From positions 1 through 35,003 of IMG/VR virus record IMGVR_UViG_3300012447_000003: a DNA stretch of 35,003 nt; one strand, written 5' to 3'. Made by a program: the position numbers and the translations under genes. Shown piece after piece: positions 7,768-14,906 of this stretch. The notes under the pieces are model-generated. The model ran no database searches, was not told the origin of the DNA, and saw only the letters and a program-made list of their open reading frames with translations. The stretch comes from a virus. The stretch's first letter is position 1, and each line of letters opens with the position of its first letter.

Positions 7768-7801
7768 AGGAGGACCCACCCAAAAATGGGTGAGTCCTCC
7801 T
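7768..7801. terminator. Hairpin between convergent integrase and membrane-protein genes (stem aggaggacccaccca / tgggtgagtcctcct, loop aaaa); likely bidirectional terminator
   Basis: 14 of 15 stem positions pair. Lies between the + strand stop at 7690 and the minus-strand stop at 7869. Confidence 0.5.
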
Positions 7802-7868
7802 AAGGTCCTCCCGGCCGCCTATCCTCCGAGGTCTATCATTCCATGAGCAGGCTACAAACAGTGTAGAA

Positions 7869-8183
7869 CTATTTGGCGCGGGGCTTCGCCACCGACCAGC
7901 CGGCCACAACACCAAGAACAATGGCAGCCACACCCAAAACCGCCACGAGCCACATACTCGCCGATGAGATGAGATAAATCCCCATGGCACAGCAGACGAT
8001 CAGGATGGCCAGGCCACCTATGGCACGTCCGGTGCGCTCGGTGCTGTCCATGTCGATGTCTTTGCCCTTGCGAATCATGTCCTCGATTTCGATTCGCCTT
8101 GAGTCGTATTCATGCTGGTCAATGTTGCCGCTGGCAAGCTGCTGGTCGAGGTTGGCTAGCATTTCTGATCCGATACGTTTCAT
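7869..8183 (-). CDS. Small membrane protein: SHOCT-like N-terminal segment plus two TM helices (104 aa); candidate superinfection-exclusion or lysogeny-maintenance factor
   Basis: RBS AAGGA sits 7 nt upstream of the ATG on the minus strand. Segment LANLDQQLASGNIDQHEYDSRRIEIEDMIRKG resembles the short SHOCT oligomerisation motif. Hydrophobic segments LAILIVCCAMGIYLI and WLVAVLGVAAIVLGVVAGW. Last gene of the repressor operon. Confidence 0.55.
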   Translation of the reverse strand: MKRIGSEMLANLDQQLASGNIDQHEYDSRRIEIEDMIRKGKDIDMDSTERTGRAIGGLAILIVCCAMGIYLISSASMWLVAVLGVAAIVLGVVAGWSVAKPRAK

Positions 8184-8202
8184 GTCAGGTCCTTAGTGGT
8201 GA

Positions 8203-8604
8203 TCAGGCTGGTATTTGGTTGAGCATGGCGCGTTCATCGTCAGCCAGTGTGGTGAGTCGGTCAGTGAGGACATCCTCGGTGACCCACAGCTCATCGGAGG
8301 CGGTGGCCATATCGACACCACCAGCCAAGACCGATGCCACCGCGTCGATGTCGGGCAGAAGACGCCGGGCTGTCACGTCACGGACACGCTGCTCGGATGC
8401 CCACGTCACATCAGACACCAGACCCAGGTCGATGTGGACGAGTTCGTGGGCAAGGGTGCAGCGGCGCTCCCGGACAGTGAGGCCGGTGGCGATCCAGATT
8501 CGATGCCCGTCGGTGGCACCCAGCTGTCCTGGTGGCAGGCCGCCCCAGCACAGGTCGAGTTGGGGCCGGGAGGTGAGGTCCGCCCACGGGTTAGGCAGGA
8601 TCAT
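8203..8604 (-). CDS. ImmA/IrrE-family zinc metallopeptidase (HEXXH: HELVHIDLG), 133 aa from ATG 8604; the ORF-track N-terminal extension to 8838 overlaps the repressor and is rejected
   Basis: HELVH motif typical of the COG2856 / ImmA anti-repressor protease family. Overlaps the 3' end of the XRE repressor gene by 14 nt, as in ImmR-ImmA pairs. Confidence 0.65.
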   Translation of the reverse strand: MILPNPWADLTSRPQLDLCWGGLPPGQLGATDGHRIWIATGLTVRERRCTLAHELVHIDLGLVSDVTWASEQRVRDVTARRLLPDIDAVASVLAGGVDMATASDELWVTEDVLTDRLTTLADDERAMLNQIPA

Positions 8605-8956
8605 CGCCCCACTCCTTCTCTTGGAGTTCCCGTTCGGTGGGATGGTCGACACGGTAGGCGGCGGCGTTTTCGGGTGCGGGCGGCGTCGGGTCACGAAGAC
8701 GACGGATATTCGACGGTTGTTCCGTGCTCTGCCGTCCCATGATTCGCTCGGCATCCTCAACGATCTCGTGGGGGGCCACATCGAGCACCTTGGCAATGTC
8801 GGCAACCTGTGTGACCTTGATGTCACGTTGCGCACCAAGGATGCGCATCAGCGTCGATAGGGGCACACCGGACTGCTCGGATAGCTCACGCACGGTATGC
8901 CCGGAGACGGCGCGCTGCGCTCTGATAGCGGCTGCGACGGCCTCGTTAATGTCCAT
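8591..8956 (-). CDS. XRE-family HTH transcriptional repressor (cI-like), 121 aa from ATG 8956 (MDINEAVAAAIRAQRAVSGHTVRELSEQSGVPLSTLMRILG...)
   Basis: Canonical HTH_XRE segment. Divergent from the cro-like gene. The in-frame upstream extension to 9064 lacks support. Confidence 0.75.
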   Translation of the reverse strand: MDINEAVAAAIRAQRAVSGHTVRELSEQSGVPLSTLMRILGAQRDIKVTQVADIAKVLDVAPHEIVEDAERIMGRQSTEQPSNIRRLRDPTPPAPENAAAYRVDHPTERELQEKEWGDDPA

Positions 8957-9000
8957 ATGGGTAACTCTAGCACTCTGTACGGACAACAAGAAATCCCAAA

Positions 9001-9046
9001 ATGTTCCCCGCTTGGACTTGCATGTTCCCGAAACCGGGTCTAACGT
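9001..9046 (+). promoter_or_regulatory. cI/cro switch region: direct repeats ATGTTCCCCG (9001..9010) and ATGTTCCCGA (9022..9031), 21 bp apart. They overlap a putative rightward promoter (-35 TTGCAT 9018..9023, -10 TAACGT 9041..9046) that would give a leaderless cro transcript. The leftward repressor also appears leaderless (TAGAGT -10 on the minus strand ending ~7 nt before its ATG).
   Basis: Hexamers with a 17-bp spacer. The ATG at 9054 lies 7 nt from the -10 end. Leaderless mRNAs are common in actinobacteria. The repeats are candidate operator half-sites. Confidence 0.4.
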
Positions 9047-9053
9047 TCTCCAC

Positions 9054-9311
9054 ATGGAAACCACAAGTTACCCAGAGGCGGTCGCCAAAGCCGTCCGCAA
9101 GGCGATGGACAGCAGCGGAAGCAGCGTCCATGCGACCGCCATCAAATCAGGAATCCCATCCGCCACCATGCAACGCCGACTCACAGCACCGACTCGATAC
9201 CCGTTCACGGTCGCTGAGATCGACGCCATCGCCCAGGCCACCGGAAAAAGCACATCGGCACTCCTTATTGAGGCAGAGGTGCTTGCAGCGCGACAGGGGC
9301 AGGCAGCATGA
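9054..9311 (+). CDS. Cro-like / small DNA-binding regulator (85 aa)
   Basis: Positioned divergent from the repressor and first gene of the rightward early operon. The segment VHATAIKSGIPSATMQRRL resembles an HTH. The ORF-track start 8724 overlaps minus-strand genes and is rejected. Confidence 0.5.
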   Translation: METTSYPEAVAKAVRKAMDSSGSSVHATAIKSGIPSATMQRRLTAPTRYPFTVAEIDAIAQATGKSTSALLIEAEVLAARQGQAA

Positions 9312-10102
9312 CCAGTAACATTCAGCCATTTACCCACGACAAGTTCGGAACCATCCGCACCGTAACGGACGAATCCGGAACAATTTGGTTCGTCGCCACG
9401 GACATCTGCGCCGCCCTTGACCTGTCCAACACCACTGTTACGATGCGGCGCTTGGATGCGGATGAGAAGTCTAAGTTCAACTTAGGTCTTCAAGGAGACG
9501 CATGGCGCGTCAACGAGGCGGGCCTCTACAGGCTTGTCCTCACCTCTCGCAAACCAAAAGCCAAGTCCTTCAAACGTTGGGGGACGCACGAGGTTCTCCC
9601 CTCGATTCGCAAGCACGGCGGCTATCTCACCGATCAGAAGATCGAGGACATCCTCGACAACCCGGACACGATCATCCAGCTGGCCACCAAGTTGAAGTCC
9701 GAACGTGCTAAGCGCGCCGCCTTGGAGGAGCAGGCCGCCATCGACACCCCAAAGGCCAGATTCGCCGATGCCGTGTCCGCATCACACACATCCATCCTCA
9801 TAGGGGACCTGGCGAAACTGCTACGTCAGAACGGCTACGAGATCGGCCAGAACAGGCTGTTCGAAATGCTGCGACGCGACGGCTACCTGTGCAGCGCCAA
9901 GGGAGGCATGTGGAACATGCCCACCCCGAAAGCCATGAATCTTGGCCTGTTCGAGGTGGAGGAAACCACCATCGTGCATTCCGACGGCCACGTGTCGATC
10001 TCGAAAACCACCAAGGTCACGGGAAAGGGTCAGGTGTATTTCGTCACCCGCTTCCTGGACGGTCGACTTCCCAAAGGCATCAACGACGAGGAGGCGGCAT
10101 GA
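9308..10102 (+). CDS. Phage antirepressor, Bro-N N-terminal domain plus KilA-C/ANT C-terminal domain (264 aa)
   Basis: Bro-N signature FGTIRTV..G.IWFVATDICAALDL. The C-terminal region matches the conserved antirepressor (ANT) domain. ATGA overlap with cro stop. Confidence 0.75.
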   Translation: MTSNIQPFTHDKFGTIRTVTDESGTIWFVATDICAALDLSNTTVTMRRLDADEKSKFNLGLQGDAWRVNEAGLYRLVLTSRKPKAKSFKRWGTHEVLPSIRKHGGYLTDQKIEDILDNPDTIIQLATKLKSERAKRAALEEQAAIDTPKARFADAVSASHTSILIGDLAKLLRQNGYEIGQNRLFEMLRRDGYLCSAKGGMWNMPTPKAMNLGLFEVEETTIVHSDGHVSISKTTKVTGKGQVYFVTRFLDGRLPKGINDEEAA

Positions 10103-10299
10103 ACCGCGAGGAAGCCACAAAAAGTTTCAATGCAGCATACGACTCCATCGACCGAGTGTTCAACGAGTTGTTTTTTAGATACGACAACCAGACTGCACAG
10201 GATGTCACCCACCTGCTGATCAGAGTCCTCGACCTCATCACACAGGCACGATCCATAATGGAGCGCGTCCCCGACGAAACATGGCAGGAGACGCCATGA
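10099..10299 (+). CDS. Hypothetical protein (66 aa)
   Basis: ATGA translational coupling. The hydrophobic/charged residue pattern looks like a folded protein rather than random sequence. Confidence 0.45.
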   Translation: MNREEATKSFNAAYDSIDRVFNELFFRYDNQTAQDVTHLLIRVLDLITQARSIMERVPDETWQETP

Positions 10300-10511
10300 A
10301 AACCAGAACACCAACCTTCGCCGAGGAGCTGGCCGACGAGTATGGCCGGTGGATGACCTACACCCAGGCGGCGAAAGAACTCAACTGCTCCGCACGCCAT
10401 CTGCGCCATTTGACGGAGCGTGGACAGCTGGCCTGCTGGACGATCGGTGACACGCAGGCGTTGAGGCTGAAGACCGCCGATGTGGCCGCCCTGATGAGGA
10501 GGGTCGCCTGA
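10296..10511 (+). CDS. HTH DNA-binding protein (excisionase/MerR-like HTH_17 fold), 71 aa
   Basis: ATGA overlap. Segment MTYTQAAKELNCSARHLRHLTERGQLACWTIG is typical of Xis-type HTH. Confidence 0.5.
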   Translation: MKTRTPTFAEELADEYGRWMTYTQAAKELNCSARHLRHLTERGQLACWTIGDTQALRLKTADVAALMRRVA

Positions 10512-10661
10512 CGTGCTTAACGGATACGCATCCGACATCGTGTTCGCCGTCGTGTGCCTTGTTGCTCTGGCTATCGCATTGAAGCACACCGACTGACCTG
10601 AAATCAAAACTGTTCATACCCCTACAGGGGTGCCTGTAGTGCACCCAAAAACGGAGAAACA

Positions 10662-10907
10662 ATGCACGAATACAAGGATCATTGGACCGCCGAATACATG
10701 TACCAGATACGACACATTTGCAATCGGATTGACGATCTGCAGGTGGCAATAGAGGAGCTGCAGTCCGACCTGGACTACGACAATCCCGGCGGCGCATCGA
10801 AGCAGCTGGAGGAGTCCTGCCTGCTGCTCGGGGTTGCCCTGGAGGAGCTACACCGGGTCGACCGGCATGTGCGCAGGGTCATCGACGCCATCTCTGGGGA
10901 GGCGTGA
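10662..10907 (+). CDS. Hypothetical protein (81 aa)
   Basis: RBS ggag at 10645 sits before ATG 10662. Confidence 0.45.
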   Translation: MHEYKDHWTAEYMYQIRHICNRIDDLQVAIEELQSDLDYDNPGGASKQLEESCLLLGVALEELHRVDRHVRRVIDAISGEA

Positions 10908-11083
10908 TGAGACTCAACCCCTGCAGACTGCTGACGGTCGTGTTTGCCGTGTGTGGTTTGGGTGAGTGTGTCGTCGGTTTGGCCGGCTGGTTCGACGACC
11001 TGCCTCATGCGCTGGCTATCGCCTTGTTCTGCACCTTGGCGGCCGCCTGCTGCCATCTGCTGGACCCTGCGAGGCTGCCATGA
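10907..11083 (+). CDS. Small hydrophobic peptide (58 aa, two predicted TM segments); not in the ORF track (<60 aa)
   Basis: ATGA overlap at 10907. Ends at TGA 11081..11083, which overlaps the ATG of the next gene. Translates as MRLNPCRLLTVVFAVCGLGECVVGLAGWFDDLPHALAIALFCTLAAACCHLLDPARLP. Confidence 0.3.
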   Translation: MRLNPCRLLTVVFAVCGLGECVVGLAGWFDDLPHALAIALFCTLAAACCHLLDPARLP

Positions 11084-11523
11084 CGGAAGTACTGCACACG
11101 GTTGCCCAGTCCGCCCGGATTCACGGTGTGCCTCGGGAGAAGCTGCGGGCCGGTATCCGCCGTGGCTGTCTCACACAGCACGGCACCACCAAGGACGGGG
11201 AACCTTTGGTGGCGTCATCCGAGGTGGCCGCCTACATCGGCTCCCGGTGGGCGCGCACCGACCATCGCCACGACGACCTGTGGGCACAGGCGGTGTGCCG
11301 CAAACCCGGCATGGATCCGGAAATGTGGTTTCCCGACGACGCCGACGTGGGCACCCAGGATGAGGCGATCCGGCTGTGCCACCAATGCCCACTGGCCATC
11401 CACTGCCTCGAAATGGCAATGGATTTGGAGCCGCCCGGATACAAGATGCGCGCCGGCATCTTCGGCGGAACCACACCACAGCAACGCTACCGCATAGGCC
11501 TATCGAGAAAGGACAGGAAATGA
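11080..11523 (+). CDS. WhiB-like (Wbl) iron-sulfur transcription factor with N-terminal HTH-like extension (148 aa)
   Basis: Four Cys in the C-x(n)-C-x2-C-x5-C arrangement (CRKPG...CHQCPLAIHC). Also WFPDD and the GIFGG turn (GIWGG-like). Confidence 0.7.
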   Translation: MTEVLHTVAQSARIHGVPREKLRAGIRRGCLTQHGTTKDGEPLVASSEVAAYIGSRWARTDHRHDDLWAQAVCRKPGMDPEMWFPDDADVGTQDEAIRLCHQCPLAIHCLEMAMDLEPPGYKMRAGIFGGTTPQQRYRIGLSRKDRK

Positions 11524-11777
11524 CCATCAATCATCGCATTGATGCTGAGATAAAAACCCTCGCAGACAACATGGAGCCATATGAGCTTGACATGTTGCGC
11601 GAGGAGGTGCGGGTTGCCCGGGTGCGAGCCGATCGTGCCCGCGACTTCCTGTCGTTGGATGACACCCCGCAGTTGTGGCGCATGGCGACCTGCGCAGCAG
11701 ACATGCTGAACCAGCTCTTCCACTATCTGCCCACCCCGGACGATCCGGACGAGTCGGATGAGGGGTGCGCGGCATGA
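11520..11777 (+). CDS. Hypothetical protein (85 aa)
   Basis: ATGA overlap chain within the early operon. Confidence 0.45.
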   Translation: MTINHRIDAEIKTLADNMEPYELDMLREEVRVARVRADRARDFLSLDDTPQLWRMATCAADMLNQLFHYLPTPDDPDESDEGCAA

Positions 11778-12709
11778 CCAGACATGCGAAAGACGCTGTC
11801 CTCATCGGGTGTGAGATCGACGGCACCCAGGCGTGGCATGACCTGCGCCGCTCCGGTGTGGGCGGCTCGGACATCGCCAAGGTGCTGGGCCTGTCACCGT
11901 GGGGCGACTCCTACTCCCTGTGGTGCGAGAAGACCGGCGACTCCGTAGCCGCCGAGCAGACAAGCCCGCTCATGGAGGCAGGCCACTACACGGAGCTGGC
12001 GGCCGACCGATGGTATCGGGACAAGAAGCTTCCCGATGGCACGTTTCTGCGTGATGCCCGAACATGGGCCCACAAGGATCGCCGCTGGCAGCTGGCCAAC
12101 CCAGACCGCATCGTCTGCACCAGAAACACGGATGCCTCCATCGACGGCATCGTGGAGTTCAAGTATTCCCCGGGCCGCCCCGGCGACTGGGGGCCGGACG
12201 GCTCCACCGACATCCCGAAACACTACTGGTGCCAAGTGCAGTGGTACATGGCGACATTTGGCGTCGACTGGTGCGATGTGGTGGCGCTGTCGACGTGGGG
12301 ATTCCGCTGCTACCGGATCGAGGCCGACCGCGACTGGCAGACGTATGCGGTGGCCGAGGCGAAACGCTTCTGGGACTGTGTGCAGCTGCACTTCCCGCCG
12401 AATTGGGAACCCAACCGGTGGTCCTACGAGGCAGACCGGCGCAGGCATCCCGACATCGACCCGGACAAGACGGTCACCGTCGCCGACACGTCGATGCTCG
12501 ACGCGATCACCGCAGGAATCGACGCAGACCAAGCAGTCAAGGAATACACGGCCGGCCACAAGCCCGACATCGAGCAGGCCAAACAGGTGCTGGCCCACCT
12601 CATGGGTGATGCGAAAACCGCTGTCGACCCGTCCGGGGAGGTTTTGGCCACCCGACACACCAGAGGAAAAGGAAACCCATACATCAAGCTTGCGAAAGGC
12701 GGCCGATGA
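11774..12709 (+). CDS. YqaJ-type viral recombinase exonuclease (lambda Exo-like PD-(D/E)XK), 311 aa
   Basis: RSGVGGSDIAKVLGLSPWGDSYSLWCEKTG is the YqaJ N-terminal signature. Paired with the downstream RecT. Confidence 0.75.
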   Translation: MTRHAKDAVLIGCEIDGTQAWHDLRRSGVGGSDIAKVLGLSPWGDSYSLWCEKTGDSVAAEQTSPLMEAGHYTELAADRWYRDKKLPDGTFLRDARTWAHKDRRWQLANPDRIVCTRNTDASIDGIVEFKYSPGRPGDWGPDGSTDIPKHYWCQVQWYMATFGVDWCDVVALSTWGFRCYRIEADRDWQTYAVAEAKRFWDCVQLHFPPNWEPNRWSYEADRRRHPDIDPDKTVTVADTSMLDAITAGIDADQAVKEYTAGHKPDIEQAKQVLAHLMGDAKTAVDPSGEVLATRHTRGKGNPYIKLAKGGR

Positions 12710-12930
12710 TCGACTACCGCGACGTCTACACGAACCGCATTGTCTACCAGTGCCAGTTTTGCCGACAAGACCACACGACAAAGGTTCCACCAGAAACCGT
12801 CTACTACTACATTCGCCGCGACCATGTGCTCGACATGCACCACGGGCTGTGGCGAGTCATCCCCCAAAAACCACGATTCATGGTTTGCCCCGACTGCCTC
12901 AAAAAAGGAGTACTGACCAATGTCCACTGA
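12706..12930 (+). CDS. Small zinc-ribbon-like protein (CxxC...CxxC), 74 aa
   Basis: CQFC ... CPDC pairs. ATGA overlap. Confidence 0.45.
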   Translation: MIDYRDVYTNRIVYQCQFCRQDHTTKVPPETVYYYIRRDHVLDMHHGLWRVIPQKPRFMVCPDCLKKGVLTNVH

Positions 12931-13729
12931 ACTTGATCTTCACCAGCCCAACCCGTCTGGCTACCTCGACAATCTGGACGGCAAAATGCAGTACTGCCAG
13001 CTGATTGCCGAATCAGACATTGTGCCGCCCGCATTCCGCGGCCGCCCGGCCAACGTGATGATTGCGATCGAGACCGCCGGGCAGCTGGGTGACGCCCCGT
13101 TCACCGTGATGCAGGAGATGGCGATCATCTCCGGCAAACCATCCCTGTCCGCCAAATACATTCGCTCCCTTGTCCGGCGTGCCGGGCATCGTCTGCGTGA
13201 AACCTACCGGGACGGTGTCGCCACATGTGTGATCGTGCGCGCCGACGACCCCGAGTTTGAGCATGTCGCCACCTGGGATGAGAAGAAGGCCAAGCAGCAC
13301 GACCTGTGGGGCAAGGGGCATTGGCGCAAGAACCCCGAGCTGATGCTGAAGAACCGTGCCCTGACCGAGTGCGCCCGCGAGGCCTGCTTCGAGGCGATGG
13401 CCGGAATCGGCTACACCCCAGACGAGATCCAGGACTTCGCCAAGCCGGAGCCTGCCACCCCCAGGGTGACGGTGCAGCAGGTGGACTTCAGCCGCCTGCG
13501 TGACGCCATGACAGCCGCGAACGTGGACGCCTCCACCATGGCGGCGATCGCCTCCGACGTGCTGGGACGCCACATCGACAGCGGCGCGGAACTGTCACAG
13601 GCCGACGCCGACGCCGTGGCCGAATCGCTGGAGGCAGATCTGCGCCGAGCCAAGGAAGACCATCCCGCCGGAACCGGCATCGACCCGGAAACCGGAGAAG
13701 CCGCCGAAAACATCGAGGAGCAGAAATGA
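12920..13729 (+). CDS. RecT-family single-strand annealing protein (269 aa)
   Basis: Segment [25 protein letters not shown] matches the conserved RecT core. Acidic C-terminus. Lies adjacent to the exonuclease and SSB. Confidence 0.7.
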   Translation: MSTELDLHQPNPSGYLDNLDGKMQYCQLIAESDIVPPAFRGRPANVMIAIETAGQLGDAPFTVMQEMAIISGKPSLSAKYIRSLVRRAGHRLRETYRDGVATCVIVRADDPEFEHVATWDEKKAKQHDLWGKGHWRKNPELMLKNRALTECAREACFEAMAGIGYTPDEIQDFAKPEPATPRVTVQQVDFSRLRDAMTAANVDASTMAAIASDVLGRHIDSGAELSQADADAVAESLEADLRRAKEDHPAGTGIDPETGEAAENIEEQK

Positions 13730-14205
13730 GCGGTGAAACATCCATCACTATCGTGGGCAACCTGACCGCTGACCCGGATTTAAAGTTCACCCAGTCTGGG
13801 ATTCCGGCAGCGAATTTCACGGTCGCCTCCACACCGCGCACCTTCGACAAGCAGTCGAACCAGTGGGTTGACGGGGATCCCCTGTTCCTGCGCTGCACCG
13901 TGTGGCGCGACTACGCCGAGCATGTCGCCGAATCACTGTCCAAGGGAATGCGGGTGATCGTGCAAGGCAACCTGCGCGCCAACCAGTGGACCGACAAGCA
14001 GGGCAACAGGCGCACCACATACCAAATCGACGTGGCTGAGATTGGGCCGTCGCTGCGCTATGCCACTGCCCAGGTGTCCAAGGCAACCCGCGGCAACAAC
14101 TTTGGGCAGCCCCAGGGCGACCATCCAGCAGCCGGCGGCGCCGGCATGTGGACACAGCCCCAGACAGGCTGGCAGCAGCCCTCCACCGACCAGGCACCGT
14201 TCTGA
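13726..14205 (+). CDS. ssb: Single-stranded DNA-binding protein (OB fold, Gly/Gln-rich tail ending DQAPF)
   Basis: N-terminal [13 protein letters not shown]...F.VAS is canonical for SSB. Followed by a flexible Gly/Gln tail and an acidic/aromatic C-terminal tip. Confidence 0.8.
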   Translation: MSGETSITIVGNLTADPDLKFTQSGIPAANFTVASTPRTFDKQSNQWVDGDPLFLRCTVWRDYAEHVAESLSKGMRVIVQGNLRANQWTDKQGNRRTTYQIDVAEIGPSLRYATAQVSKATRGNNFGQPQGDHPAAGGAGMWTQPQTGWQQPSTDQAPF

Positions 14206-14219
14206 CCATCACCCATTCT

Positions 14220-14247
14220 GGGGCGGCTCTACACCAAGGGCCGCCCC
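14220..14247 (+). terminator. GC-rich hairpin after ssb (ggggcggc / gccgcccc, 12-nt loop); terminator-like but lacks a U-tract
   Basis: 8-bp perfect stem located 15 nt after the ssb stop. Confidence 0.4.
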
Positions 14248-14299
14248 AGCTGCAAGGAGACACTATGAAACTCGATACCGACGCGGCAGGGATCCTCCG

Positions 14300-14674
14300 A
14301 TGAGCGTCCATGAAGTCACGGTGGATGTGCCCGACGGGCTGTGGATGACCTCAAACATGAGGCTGCACTGGGCCAGAAAAGCAGAACGGTCGAGAGGGCT
14401 GCGCTATCTGGGCCTGTGTGCCGTGCGCCATGTGCCCGCCATGGCCCGCGCCCACATTGTGTGCACCATCGCCTACCCCGGCGGCGGCAGGGCAGACCCG
14501 GCCAACGCCTGGCCCACCATCAAGCCGCTTGTCGACGGCATGGTCGACGCCGGAATGCTGCCCGACGACAACTCTCACTGCCTCATCGGCCCCGACATGC
14601 GCCGCGCACCACACCGTGCCCCGAAACACCACCACCACATCACCTTCACCATCGAGGAACTCGACCATGAATGA
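14300..14674 (+). CDS. RusA-like Holliday-junction resolvase (124 aa)
   Basis: Segment DPANAWPTIKPLVDGMVDAGMLPDDNSHCL resembles the RusA catalytic D..N..K...D......DD motif. Preceded by a 12-codon uORF with a strong SD. Confidence 0.55.
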   Translation: MSVHEVTVDVPDGLWMTSNMRLHWARKAERSRGLRYLGLCAVRHVPAMARAHIVCTIAYPGGGRADPANAWPTIKPLVDGMVDAGMLPDDNSHCLIGPDMRRAPHRAPKHHHHITFTIEELDHE

Positions 14675-14906
14675 CCCCGTGCACCACCCGTCGCACTATG
14701 ACGGGCCACCCTGCCCCCACTGCGGAACCCCAATGGAAACCCGATATGTGGTGGAGAATCTGCCATTCTTCCGAGGCAACGCCATCAAATACCTACTGAG
14801 GGCCGGAAGAAAAGAGGGGGCACCCGAGACACAGGACTTGGAGAAGGCCGACCAATGTGTCCGATTCGAGATCGAACGCATCACCGGAAAGGAGAGCAGG
14901 GCATGA
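14667..14906 (+). CDS. DUF3310-like phage protein (HPSHY ... AIKYLLRAGRK motif), 79 aa
   Basis: The HP.HY and NAIKYL.R motifs are conserved in this phage family. Confidence 0.5.
   Translation: MNDPVHHPSHYDGPPCPHCGTPMETRYVVENLPFFRGNAIKYLLRAGRKEGAPETQDLEKADQCVRFEIERITGKESRA

Noticed and set aside
8724-9053. 5' part of + ORF 8724..9311 and upstream extensions of the minus ORFs 8591..9064 and 8203..8838
   Set aside because: These extensions overlap the convergent or divergent repressor and ImmA genes and the switch region. Internal ATGs at 9054, 8956 and 8604 give the domain-complete proteins.
12036-13004. 322-aa ORF in frame 0 overlapping the exonuclease and RecT genes
   Set aside because: It is an alternative-frame ORF inside two genes with clear family signatures. 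Its translation is Pro/Arg/Ser/Thr-rich.
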